This document shows, in pieces, positions 1 through 15,000 of a stretch of DNA of 64,000 nt. Origin of the DNA: Nemertoderma westbladi (taxonomy: Eukaryota > Animalia > Xenacoelomorpha). The stretch is taken from positions 52,953 to 116,952 of the forward strand of contig JAUCBJ010006506.1 in the NCBI GenBank assembly GCA_032718475.1, read 5' to 3'. The notes below the pieces were generated by a model, which was not told the DNA's origin, did no database searches, and was given only the letters and a program-made list of their open reading frames with translations. A program made the position numbers and the translations under genes. Every line of letters begins with the position of its first letter. The stretch's first letter is position 1.

Positions 1-3000
1 TACCAATGGATAGAGAGAGGTCAAACAATAGTTCGTATTAACATAAAAAATAAATAGGTACCAATGGATAGAGAGATCAAAAAATAAATAGGTACCAATG
101 GATAGAGAGAGGTCAAACAATAGTTCGTATTAACATAAAAAATAAATAGGTACCAATGGATAGAGAGAGGTCAAACAATAGTTCGTATTAACATAAAAAA
201 TAAATAGGTACCAATGGATAGAGAGATCAAAAATTAAATAGGTACCAATGGATAGAGAGAGGTCAAACAATAGTTCGTATTAACATAAAAAATAAATAGG
301 TACCAATGGATAGAGAGAGGTCAAACAATAGTTCGCATTAACCTAAAAATTAAATAGGTACCAATGGATAGAGAGATCAAACAATAGTTCGTATTAACAT
401 AAAAAATAAATAGGTACCAATGGATAGAGAGAGGTCAAACAATAGTTCGCATTAACATAAAAAATAAATAGGTACCAATGGATAGAGAGAGGTCAAACAA
501 TAGTTCGCATTAACCTAAAAATTAAATAGGTACCAATGGATAGAGAGATCAAACAATAGTTCGTATTAACATAAAAAATAAATAGGTACCAATGGATAGA
601 GAGAGGTCAAACAATAGTTCGTATTAACATAAAAAATAAATAGGTACCAATGGATAGAGAGAGGTCAAACAATAGTTCGCATTAACCTAAAAAATAAATA
701 GGTACCAATGGATAGAGAGAGGTCAAAAAATAGTTCGTATTAACATAAAAAATAAATAGGTACCAATGAATAGAGAGAGGTCAAACAATAGTTCGCATTA
801 ACATAAAAAATAAATAGGTACCAATGGATAGAGAGAGGTCAAACAATAGTTCGTATTAACATAAAAAATAAATAGGTACCAATGGATAGAGAGAGGTCAA
901 ACAATAGTTCGCATTAACCTAAAAAATAAATAGGTACCAATGGATAGAGAGAGGTCAAACAATAGTTCGCATTAACCTAAAAAATAAATAGGTACCAATG
1001 GATAGAGAGAGGTCAAACAATAGTTCGCATTAACCTAAAAATTAAATAGGTACCAATGGATAGAGAGATCAAACAATAGTTCGTATTAACATAAAAAATA
1101 AATAGGTACCAATGGATAGAGAGATCAAACAATAGTTCGTATTAACATAAAAAATAAATAGGTACCAATGGATAGAGAGATCAAACAATAAATAGGTACC
1201 AATGGATAGAGAGATCAAACAATAGTTCGTATTAACATAAAAAATAAATAGGTACCAATGGATAGAGAGAGGTCAAACAATAGTTCGCATTAACCTAAAA
1301 AATAAATAGGTACCAATGGATAGAGAGAGGTCAAACAATAGTTCGCATTAACCTAAAAAATAAATAGGTACCAATGGATAGAGAGAGGTCAAACAATAGT
1401 TCGCATTAACCTAAAAATTAAATAGGTACCAATGGATAGAGAGATCAAACAATAGTTCGTATTAACATAAAAAATAAATAGGTACCAATGGATAGAGAGA
1501 TCAAACAATAGTTCGTATTAACATAAAAAATAAATAGGTACCAATGGATACAGGAGGTAAAACAATAGTTCGTATTAACATAAAAAATAAATAGGTACCA
1601 ATGGATAGAGAGGTCAAACAATAGTTCGCATTAACCTAAAAAATAAATAGGTACCAATGGATAGAGAGGTCAAACAATAGTTCGCATTAACCTAAAAAAT
1701 AAATAGGTACCAATGGATAGAGAGGTCAAACAATAGTTCGTATTAACATAAAAAATAAATAGGTACCAATGGATAGAGAGAGGTCAAACAATAGTTCGTA
1801 TTAACATAAAAAATAAATAGGTACCAATGGATGGAGAGAGGTCAAACAATAGTTCGTATTAACCTAAAAAATAAATAGGTACCAATGGATAGAGAGAGGT
1901 CAAACAATAGTTCGCATTAACATAAAAAATAAATAGGTACCAATGGATAGAGAGAGGTCAAACAATAGTTCGCATTAACATAAAAAATAAATAGGTACCA
2001 ATGGATAGAGAGAGGTCAAACAATAGTTCGTATTAACATAAAAAATAAATAGGTAACAATGGATAGAGAGAGGTTAAACAATAGTTCGCATTAACATAAA
2101 AAATAAATAGGTACCAATGGATAGAGAGATCAAAAAATAAATAGGTACCAATGGATAGAGAGAGATCAAACAATAGTTCGCATTAACATAAAAAATAAAT
2201 AGGTACCAATGGATAGAGAGATCAAACAATAGTTCGCGTTAACATAAAAAATAAATAGTTACCAATGGATAGAGAGATCAAACAATAAATAGGTACCAAT
2301 GGATAGAGAGGTCAAACAATAGTTCGCATTAACCTAAAAAATAAATAGGTACCAATGGATAGAGAGATCAAACAATAAATAGGTACCAATGGATAGAGAG
2401 AGGTCAAACAATAGTTCGCATTAACATAAAAAATAAATAGGTACCAATGGATAGAGAGAGGTCAAACAATAGTTCGTATTAACATAAAAAATAAATAGGT
2501 ACCAATGGATAGAGAGATCAAACAATAAATAGGTACCAATGGATAGAGAGAGGTCAAACAATAGTTCGCATTAACATAAAAAATAAATAGGTACCAATGG
2601 ATAGAGAGATCAAACAATAAATAGGTACCAATGGATAGAGAGATCAAACAATAAATAGGTACCAATGGATAGAGAGAGGTCAAACAATAGTTCGCATTAA
2701 CATAAAAAATAAATAGGTACCAATGGATAGAGAGATCAAACAATAAATAGGTACCAATGGATAGAGAGATCAAACAATAAATAGGTACCAATGGATAGAG
2801 AGGTCAAACAATAGTTCGCATTAACCTAAAAAATAAATAGGTACCAATGGATAGAGAGATCAAACAATAAATAGGTACCAATGGATAGAGAGGTCAAACA
2901 ATAGTTCGCATTAACCTAAAAAATAAATAGGTACCAATGGATAGAGAGGTCAAACAATAGTTCGCATTAACCTAAAAAATAAATAGGTACCAATGGATAG

Positions 3001-6000
3001 AGAGGTCAAACAATAGTTCGTATTAACATAAAAAATAAATAGGTACCAATGGATAGAGAGATCAAACAATAAATAGGTACCAATGGATAGAGAGGTCAAA
3101 CAATAGTTCGCATTAACCTAAAAAATAAATAGGTACCAATGGATAGAGAGATCAAACAATAAATAGGTACCAATGGATAGAGAGAGGTCAAACAATAGTT
3201 CGCATTAACATAAAAAATAAATAGGTACCAATGGATAGAGAGATCAAAAAATAAATAGGTACCAATGGATAGAGAGGTCAAACAATAGTTCGCATTAACA
3301 TAAAAAATAAATAGGTACCAATGGATAGAGAGAGGTCAAACAATAGTTCGTATTAACATAAAAAATAAATAGGTACCAATTGATAGAGAGAGGTCAAACA
3401 ATAGTTCGTATTAACATAAAAAATAAATAGGTACCAATGGATAGAGAGAGGTCAAACAATAGTTCGTATTAACATAAAAAATAAATAGGTACCAATGGAT
3501 AGAGAGAGGTCAAACAATAGTTCGCATTAACATAAAAAATAAATAGGTACCAATGGATAGAGAGATCAAAAAATAAATAGGTACCAATGGATAGAGAGGT
3601 CAAACAATAGTTCGCATTAACATAAAAAATAAATAGGTACCAATGGATAGAGAGAGGTCAAACAATAGTTCGCATTAACATAAAAAATAAATAGGTACCA
3701 ATGGATAGAGAGATCAAAAAATAAATAGGTACCAATGGATAGAGAGAGGTCAAACAATAGTTCGCATTAACATAAAAAATAAATAGGTACCAATTGATAG
3801 AGAGAGGTCAAACAATAGTTCGTATTAACATAAAAAATAAATAGGTACCAATTGATAGAGAGAGGTCAAACAATAGTTCGTATTAACATAAAAAATAAAT
3901 AGGTACCAATGGATAGAGAGAGGTCAAACAATAGTTCGCATTAACATAAAAAATAAATAGGTACCAATGGATTGAGAGATCAAAAAATAAATAGGTACCA
4001 ATGGATAGAGAGGTCAAACAATAGTTCGCATTAACATAAAAAATAAATAGGTACCAATGGATAGAGAGAGGTCAAACAATAGTTCGCATTAACATAAAAA
4101 ATAAATAGGTACCAATGGATAGAGAGATCAAAAAATAAATAGGTACCAATGGATAGAGAGAGGTCAAACAATAGTTCGCATTAACATAAAAAATAAATAG
4201 GTACCAATTGATAGAGAGAGGTCAAACAATAGTTCGCATTAACCTAAAAAATAAATAGGTACCAATGGATAGAGAGAGGTCAAACAATAGTTCGCATTAA
4301 CATAAAAAATAAATAGGTACCAATGGATAGAGAGATCAAAAAATAAATAGGTACCAATGGATAGAGAGATCAAAAAATAAATAGGTACCAATGGATAGAG
4401 AGAGGTCAAACAATAGTTCGAATTAACATAAAAAATAAATAGGTACCAATGGATAGAGAGAGGTCAAACAATAGTTCGCATTAACATAAAAAATAAATAG
4501 GTACCAATGGATAGAGAGAGGTCAAACAATAGTTCGCATTAACATAAAAAATAAATAGGTACCAATGGAAAGAGAGAGATCAAACAATAGTTCGAATTAA
4601 CATAAAAAATAAATAGGTACCAATGGATAGAGAGAGGTCAAACAATAGTTCGCATTAACATAAAAAATAAATAGGTACCAATGGATAGAGAGAGATCAAA
4701 CAATAGTTCGAATTAACATAAAAAATAAATAGGTACCAATGGATAGAGAGAGGTCAAACAATAGTTCGCATTAACATAAAAAATAAATAGGTACCAATGG
4801 ATAGAGAGAGGTCAAACAATAGTTCGTATTAACATAAAAAATAAATAGGTACCAATGGATAGAGAGATCAAAAAATAAATAGGTACCAATGGATAGAGAG
4901 GTCAAACAATAGTTCGAATTAACATAAAAAATAAATAGGTACCAATGGATAGAGAGATCAAACAATAAATAGGTACCAATGGATAGAGAGGTCAAACAAT
5001 AGTTCGCATTAACCTAAAAAATAAATAGGTACCAATGGATAGAGAGATCAAACAATAAATAGGTACCAATGGATAGAGAGAGGTCAAACAATAGTTCGCA
5101 TTAACATAAAAAATAAATAGGTACCAATGGATAGAGAGATCAAAAAATAAATAGGTACCAATGGATAGAGAGGTCAAACAATAGTTCGCATTAACATAAA
5201 AAATAAATAGGTACCAATGGATAGAGAGAGGTCAAACAATAGTTCGTATTAACATAAAAAATAAATAGGTACCAATTGATAGAGAGAGGTCAAACAATAG
5301 TTCGTATTAACATAAAAAATAAATAGGTACCAATGGATAGAGAGAGGTCAAACAATAGTTCGTATTAACATAAAAAATAAATAGGTACCAATGGATAGAG
5401 AGAGGTCAAACAATAGTTCGCATTAACATAAAAAATAAATAGGTACCAATGGATAGAGAGATCAAAAAATAAATAGGTACCAATGGATAGAGAGGTCAAA
5501 CAATAGTTCGCATTAACATAAAAAATAAATAGGTACCAATGGATAGAGAGAGGTCAAACAATAGTTCGCATTAACATAAAAAATAAATAGGTACCAATGG
5601 ATAGAGAGATCAAAAAATAAATAGGTACCAATGGATAGAGAGAGGTCAAACAATAGTTCGCATTAACATAAAAAATAAATAGGTACCAATTGATAGAGAG
5701 AGGTCAAACAATAGTTCGTATTAACATAAAAAATAAATAGGTACCAATTGATAGAGAGAGGTCAAACAATAGTTCGTATTAACATAAAAAATAAATAGGT
5801 ACCAATGGATAGAGAGAGGTCAAACAATAGTTCGCATTAACATAAAAAATAAATAGGTACCAATGGATTGAGAGATCAAAAAATAAATAGGTACCAATGG
5901 ATAGAGAGGTCAAACAATAGTTCGCATTAACATAAAAAATAAATAGGTACCAATGGATAGAGAGAGGTCAAACAATAGTTCGCATTAACATAAAAAATAA

Positions 6001-9000
6001 ATAGGTACCAATGGATAGAGAGATCAAAAAATAAATAGGTACCAATGGATAGAGAGAGGTCAAACAATAGTTCGCATTAACATAAAAAATAAATAGGTAC
6101 CAATTGATAGAGAGAGGTCAAACAATAGTTCGCATTAACCTAAAAAATAAATAGGTACCAATGGATAGAGAGAGGTCAAACAATAGTTCGCATTAACATA
6201 AAAAATAAATAGGTACCAATGGATAGAGAGATCAAAAAATAAATAGGTACCAATGGATAGAGAGATCAAAAAATAAATAGGTACCAATGGATAGAGAGAG
6301 GTCAAACAATAGTTCGAATTAACATAAAAAATAAATAGGTACCAATGGATAGAGAGAGGTCAAACAATAGTTCGCATTAACATAAAAAATAAATAGGTAC
6401 CAATGGATAGAGAGAGGTCAAACAATAGTTCGCATTAACATAAAAAATAAATAGGTACCAATGGAAAGAGAGAGATCAAACAATAGTTCGAATTAACATA
6501 AAAAATAAATAGGTACCAATGGATAGAGAGAGGTCAAACAATAGTTCGCATTAACATAAAAAATAAATAGGTACCAATGGATAGAGAGAGATCAAACAAT
6601 AGTTCGAATTAACATAAAAAATAAATAGGTACCAATGGATAGAGAGAGGTCAAACAATAGTTCGCATTAACATAAAAAATAAATAGGTACCAATGGATAG
6701 AGAGAGGTCAAACAATAGTTCGTATTAACATAAAAAATAAATAGGTACCAATGGATAGAGAGATCAAAAAATAAATAGGTACCAATGGATAGAGAGGTCA
6801 AACAATAGTTCGAATTAACATAAAAAATAAATAGGTACCAATGGATAGAGAGAGGTCAAACAATAGTTCGCATTAACATAAAAAATAAATAGGTACCAAT
6901 GGATAGAGAGAGGTCAAACAATAGTTCGTATTAACATAAAAAATAAATAGGTACCAATGGATAGAGAGAGGTCAAACAATAGTTCGTATTAACATAAAAA
7001 ATAAATAGGTACCAATGGATAGAGAGGTCAAACAATAGTTCGAATTAACATAAAAAATAAATAGGTACCAATGGATAGAGAGAGGTCAAACAATAGTTCG
7101 TATTAACATAAAAAATAAATAGGTACCAATGGATAGAGAGAGGTCAAACAATAGTTCGTATTAACATAAAAAATAAATAGGTACCAATGGATAGAGAGAT
7201 CAAACAATAGTTCGCATTAACATAAAAAATAAATAGGTACCAATGGATAGAGAGATCAAACAATAGTTCGTATTAACATAAAAAATAAATAGGTACCAAT
7301 GGATAGAGAGAGGTCAAACAATAAATAGGTACCAATGGATAGAGAGGTCAAACAATAGTTCGTATTAACATAAAAAATAAATAGGTACCAATGGATAGAG
7401 AGATCAAACAATAGTTCGCATTAACATAAAAAATAAATAGGTACCAATGGATAGAGAGAGGTCAAACAATAGTTCGAATTAACATAAAAAATAAATAGGT
7501 ACCAATGGATAGAGAGATCAAAAAATAAATAGGTACCAATGGATAGAGAGATCAAAAAATAAATAGGTACCAATGGATAGAGAGAGGTCAAACAATAGTT
7601 CGCATTAACATAAAAAATAAATAGGTACCAATGGATAGAGAGAGGTCAAACAATAGTTCGTATTAACATAAAAAATAAATAGGTACCAATGGATAGAGAG
7701 AGGTCAAACAATAGTTCGTATTAACATAAAAAATAAATAGGTACCAATGGATAGAGAGAGGTCAAACAATAGTTCGTATTAACATAAAAAATAAATAGGT
7801 ACCAATGGATAGAGAGATCAAACAATAGTTCGCATTAACATAAAAAATAAATAGGTACCAATGGATAGAGAGATCAAACAATAGTTCGTATTAACATAAA
7901 AAATAAATAGGTACCAATGGATAGAGAGAGGTCAAACAATAAATAGGTACCAATGGATAGAGAGAGGTCAAACAATAGTTCGTATTAACCTAAAAAATAA
8001 ATAGGTACCAATGGATAGAGAGATCAAACAATAGTTCGTATTAACATAAAAAATAAATAGGTACCAATGGATAGAGAGAGGTCAAACAATAAATAGGTAC
8101 CAATGGATAGAGAGATCAAACAATAGTTCGTATTAACATAAAAAATAAATAGGTACCAATGGATAGAGAGAGGTCAAACAATAAATAGGTACCAATGGAT
8201 AGAGAGAGGTCAAACAATAGTTCGTATTAACATAAAAAATAAATAGGTACCAATGGATAGAGAGATCAAACAATAGTTCGCATTAACATAAAAAATAAAT
8301 AGGTACCAATGGATAGAGAGATCAAACAATAGTTCGTATTAACATAAAAAATAAATAGGTACCAATGGATAGAGAGAGGTCAAACAATAAATAGGTACCA
8401 ATAGATAGAGAGGTCAAACAATAGTTCGAATTAACATAAAAAATAAATAGGTACCAATGGATAGAGAGATCAAAAAATAAATAGGTACCAATGGATAGAG
8501 AGATCAAAAAATAAATAGGTACCAATGGATAGAGAGATCAAACAATAGTTCGTATTAACATAAAAAATAAATAGGTACCAATGGATAGAGAGAGGTCAAA
8601 CAATAGTTCGTATTAACATAAAAAATAAATAGGTACCAATGGATAGAGAGAGGTCAAACAATAGTTCGTATTAACATAAAAAATAAATAGGTACCAATGG
8701 ATAGAGAGAGGTCAAACAATAGTTCGTATTAACATAAAAAATAAATAGGTACCAATGGATAGAGAGAGGTCAAACAATAGTTCGTATTAACATAAAAAAT
8801 AAATAGGTACCAATGGATAGAGAGAGGTCAAACAATAGTTCGTATTAACATAAAAAATAAATAGGTACCAATGGATAGAGAGAGGTCAAACAATAGTTCG
8901 TATTAACATAAAAAATAAATAGGTACCAATGGATAGAGAGAGGTCAAACAATAGTTCGTATTAACATAAAAAATAAATAGGTACCAATGGATAGAGAGAG

Positions 9001-12000
9001 GTCAAACAATAGTTCGAATTAACATAAAAAATAAATAGGTACCAATGGATAGAGAGAGGTCAAACAATAGTTCGTATTAACATAAAAAATAAATAGGTAC
9101 CAATGGATAGAGAGAGGTCAAACAATAGTTCGCATTAACATAAAAAATAAATAGGTACCAATGGATAGAGAGAGGTCAAACAATAGTTCGTATTAACATA
9201 AAAAATAAATAGGTACCAATGGATAGAGAGAGGTCAAACAATAGTTCGTATTAACATAAAAAATAAATAGGTACCAATGGATAGAGAGAGGTCAAACAAT
9301 AGTTCGAATTAACATAAAAAATAAATAGGTACCAATGGATAGAGAGAGGTCAAACAATAGTTCGAATTAACATAAAAAATAAATAGGTACCAATGGATAG
9401 AGAGATCAAAAAATAAATAGGTACCAATGGATAGAGAGATCAAAAAATAAATAGGTACCAATGGATAGAGAGGTCAAACAATAGTTCGTATTAACATAAA
9501 AAATAAATAGGTACCAATGGATAGAGAGAGGTCAAACAATAGTTCGAATTAACATAAAAAATAAATAGGTACCAATGGATAGAGAGATCAAAAAATAAAT
9601 AGGTACCAATGGATAGAGAGATCAAAAAATAAATAGGTACCAATGGATAGAGAGAGGTCAAACAATAGTTCGAATTAACATAAAAAATAAATAGGTACCA
9701 ATGGATAGAGAGAGGTCAAACAATAGTTCGTATTAACATAAAAAATAAATAGGTACCAATGGATAGAGAGAGGTCAAACAATAGTTCGTATTAACATAAA
9801 AAATAAATAGGTACCAATGGATAGAGAGATCAAACAATAGTTCGTATTAACATAAAAAATAAATAGGTACCAATGGATAGAGAGAGGTCAAACAATAGTT
9901 CGTATTAACATAAAAAATAAATAGGTACCAATGGATAGAGAGATCAAACAATAGTTCGTATTAACATAAAAAATAAATAGGTACCAATGGATAGAGAGAG
10001 GTCAAACAATAGTTCGTATTAACATAAAAAATAAATAGGTACCAATGGATAGAGAGATCAAAAAATAAATAGGTACCAATGGATAGAGAGATCAAACAAT
10101 AGTTCGCATTAACATAAAAAATAAATAGGTACCAATGGATAGAGAGAGGTCAAACAATAGTTCGTATTAACATAAAAAAAAAATAGGTACCAATGGATAG
10201 AGAGATCAAACAATAGTTCGTATTAACATAAAAAATAAATAGGTACCAATGGATAGAGAGAGGTCAAACAATAGTTCGTATTAACATAAAAAATAAATAG
10301 GTACCAATGGATAGAGAGGTCAAACAATAGTTCGCATTAACATAAAAAATAAATAGGTACCAATGGATAGAGAGGTCAAACAATAGTTCGCATTAACATA
10401 AAAAATAAATAGGTACCAATGGATAGAGAGATCAAACAATAGTTCGTATTAACATAAAAAATAAATAGGTACCAATGGATAGAGAGAGGTCAAACAATAG
10501 TTCGTATTAACATAAAAAATAAATAGGTACCAATGGATAGAGAGAGGTCAAACAATAGTTCGTATTAACATAAAAAATAAATAGGTACCAATGGATAGAG
10601 AGAGATCAAACAATAGTTCGCATTAACATAAAAAATAAATAGGTACCAATGGATAGAGAGATCAAAAAATAAATAGGTACCAATGGATAGAGAGAGGTCA
10701 AACAATAGTTCGCATTAACATAAAAAATAAATAGGTACCAATGGATAGAGAGATCAAACAATAAATAGGTACCAATGGATAGAGAGAGGTCAAACAATAG
10801 TTCGCATTAACATAAAAAATAAATAGGTACCAATGGATAGAGAGATCAAAAAATAAATAGGTACCAATGGATAGAGAGATCAAAAAATAAATAGGTACCA
10901 ATGGATAGAGAGGGGTCAAACAATAGTTCGTATTAACATAAAAAATAAATAGGTACCAATGGATAGAGAGATCAAACAATAGTTCGAATTAACATAAAAA
11001 ATAAATAGGTACCAATGGATAGAGAGGTCAAACAATAGTTCGCATTAACATAAAAAATAAATAGGTACCAATGGATAGAGAGATCAAACAATAGTTCGAA
11101 TTAACATAAAAAATAAATAGGTACCAATGGATAGAGAGAGGTCAAACAATAGTTCGCATTAACATAAAAAATAAATAGGTACCAATGGATAGAGAGATCA
11201 AAAAATAAATAGGTACCAATGGATAGAGAGATCAAACAATAGTTCGAATTAACATAAAAAATAAATAGGTACCAATGGATAGAGAGAGGTCAAACAATAG
11301 TTCGCATTAACATAAAAAATAAATAGGTACCAATGGATAGAGAGATCAAACAATAGTTCGCATTAACATAAAAAATAAATAGGTACCAATGGATAGAGAG
11401 AGGTCAAACAATAGTTCGTATTAACATAAAAAATAAATAGGTACCAATGGATAGAGAGATCAAACAATAGTTCGCATTAACATAAAAAATAAATAGGTAC
11501 CAATGGATAGAGAGATCAAACAATAGTTCGCATTAACATAAAAAATAAATAGGTACCAATGGATAGAGAGATCAAACAATAGTTCGCATTAACATAAAAA
11601 ATAAATAGGTACCAATGGATAGAGAGAGGTCAAACAATAGTTCGTATTAACATAAAAAATAAATAGGTACCAATGGATAGAGAGGTCAAACAATAGTTCG
11701 CATTAACATAAAAAATAAATAGGTACCAATGGATAGAGAGATCAAACAATAGTTCGCATTAACATAAAAAATAAATAGGTACCAATGGATAGAGAGAGGT
11801 CAAACAATAGTTCGCATTAACATAAAAAATAAATAGGTACCAATGGATAGAGAGATCAAAAAATAAATAGGTACCAATGGATAGAGAGAGGTCAAACAAT
11901 AGTTCGTATTAACATAAAAAATAAATAGGTACCAATGGATAGAGAGAGGTCAAACAATAGTTCGTATTAACATAAAAAATAAATAGGTACCAATGGATAG

Positions 12001-15000
12001 AGAGAGGTCAAACAATAGTTCGTATTAACATAAAAAATAAATAGGTACCAATGGATAGAGAGAGGTCAAACAATAGTTCGTATTAACATAAAAAATAAAT
12101 AGGTACCAATGGATAGAGAGAGGTCAAACAATAGTTCGCATTAACATAAAAAATAAATAGGTACCAATGGATAGAGAGAGGTCAAACAATAGTTCGCATT
12201 AACATAAAAAATAAATAGGTACCAATGGATAGAGAGAGGTCAAACAATAGTTCGCATTAACATAAAAAATAAATAGGTACCAATGGATAGAGAGATCAAA
12301 AAATAAATAGGTACCAATGGATAGAGAGAGGTCAAACAATAGTTCGTATTAACATAAAAAATAAATAGGTACCAATGGATAGAGAGATCAAACAATAGTT
12401 CGTATTAACATAAAAAATAAATAGGTACCAATGGATAGAGAGAGGTCAAACAATAGTTCGCATTAACATAAAAAATAAATAGGTACCAATGGATAGAGAG
12501 ATCAAACAATAGTTCGTATTAACATAAAAAATAAATAGGTACCAATGGATAGAGAGAGGTCAAACAATAGTTCGTATTAACATAAAAAATAAATAGGTAC
12601 CAATGGATAGAGAGAGGTCAAACAATAGTTCGTATTAACATAAAAAATAAATAGGTACCAATGGATAGAGAGAGGTCAAACAATAGTTCGTATTAACATA
12701 AAAAATAAATAGGTACCAATGGATAGAGAGAGGTCAAACAATAGTTCGTATTAACATAAAAAATAAATAGGTACCAATGGATAGAGAGAGGTCAAACAAT
12801 AGTTCGCATTAACATAAAAAATAAATAGGTACCAATGGATAGAGAGAGGTCAAACAATAGTTCGCATTAACATAAAAAATAAATAGGTACCAATGGATAG
12901 AGAGAGGTCAAACAATAGTTCGCATTAACATAAAAAATAAATAGGTACCAATGGATAGAGAGAGGTCAAACAATAGTTCGCATTAACATAAAAGATAAAT
13001 AGGTACCAATGGATAGAGAGATCAAACAATAGTTCGTATTAACATAAAAAATAAATAGGTACCAATGGATAGAGAGAGGTCAAACAATAGTTCGTATTAA
13101 CATAAAAAATAAATAGGTACCAATTGATAGAGAGAGGTCAAACAATAGTTCGTATTAACATAAAAAATAAATAGGTACCAATGGATAGAGAGAGGTCAAA
13201 CAATAGTTCGTATTAACATAAAAAATAAATAGGTACCAATGGATAGAGAGAGGTCAAACAATAGTTCGTATTAACATAAAAAATAAATAGGTACCAATGG
13301 ATAGAGAGAGGTCAAACAATAGTTCGTATTAACATAAAAAATAAATAGGTACCAATGGATAGAGAGAGGTCAAACAATAGTTCGCATTAACATAAAAAAT
13401 AAATAGGTACCAATGGATAGAGAGAGGTCAAACAATAGTTCGCATTAACATAAAAAATAAATAGGTACCAATGGATAGAGAGAGGTCAAACAATAGTTCG
13501 CATTAACATAAAAAATAAATAGGTACCAATGGATAGAGAGAGGTCAAACAATAGTTCGCATTAACATAAAAAATAAATAGGTACCAATGGATAGAGAGAT
13601 CAAAAAATAAATAGGTACCAATGGATAGAGAGAGGTCAAACAATAAATAGGTACCAATGGATAGAGAGAGGTCAAACAATAGTTCGCATTAACATAAAAA
13701 ATAAATAGGTACCAATGGATAGAGAGAGGTCAAACAATAGTTCGTATTAACATAAAAAATAAATAGGTACCAATGGATAGAGAGAGGTCAAACAATAGTT
13801 CGCATTAACATAAAAAATAAATAGGTACCAATGGATAGAGAGAGGTCAAACAATAGTTCGTATTAACATAAAAAATAAATAGGTACCAATGGATAGAGAG
13901 AGGTCAAACAATAGTTCGTATTAACATAAAAAATAAATAGGTACCAATGGATAGAGAGAGGTCAAACAATAGTTCGTATTAACATAAAAAATAAATAGGT
14001 ACCAATTGATAGAGAGAGGTCAAACAATAGTTCGTATTAACATAAAAAATAAATAGGTACCAATGGATAGAGAGAGGTCAAACAATAGTTCGCATTAACA
14101 TAAAAAATAAATAGGTACCAATGGATAGAGAGATCAAACAATAGTTCGTATTAACATAAAAAATAAATAGGTACCAATGGATAGAGAGAGGTCAAACAAT
14201 AGTTCGTATTAACATAAAAAATAAATAGGTACCAATGGATAGATAGAGGTCAAACAATAGTTCGTATTAACATAAAAAATAAATAGGTACCAATGGATAG
14301 AGAGGTCAAACAATAGTTCGTATTAACATAAAAAATAAATAGGTACCAATGGATAGAGAGATCAAACAATAGTTCGTATTAACATAAAAAATAAATAGGT
14401 ACCAATGGATAGAGAGAGGTCAAACAATAGTTCGTATTAACATAAAAAATAAATAGGTACCAATTGATAGAGAGAGGTCAAACAATAGTTCGTATTAACA
14501 TAAAAAATAAATAGGTACCAATGGATAGAGAGATCAAACAATAAATAGGTACCAATGGATAGAGAGAGGTCAAACAATAGTTCGTATTAACATAAAAAAT
14601 AAATAGGTACCAATTGATAGAGAGAGGTCAAACAATAGTTCGTATTAACATAAAAAATAAATAGGTACCAATGGATAGAGAGAGGTCAAACAATAGTTCG
14701 CATTAACATAAAAAATAAATAGGTACCAATGGATAGAGAGGTCAAACAATAGTTCGTATTAACATAAAAAATAAATAGGTACCAATGGATAGAGAGATCA
14801 AACAATAAATAGGTACCAATGGATAGAGAGATCAAACAATAGTTCGCATTAACATAAAAAATAAATAGGTACCAATGGATAGAGAGAGGTCAAACAATAG
14901 TTCGTATTAACATAAAAAATAAATAGGTACCAATGGATAGAGAGAGGTCAAACAATAGTTCGTATTAACATAAAAAATAAATAGGTACCAATGGATAGAG

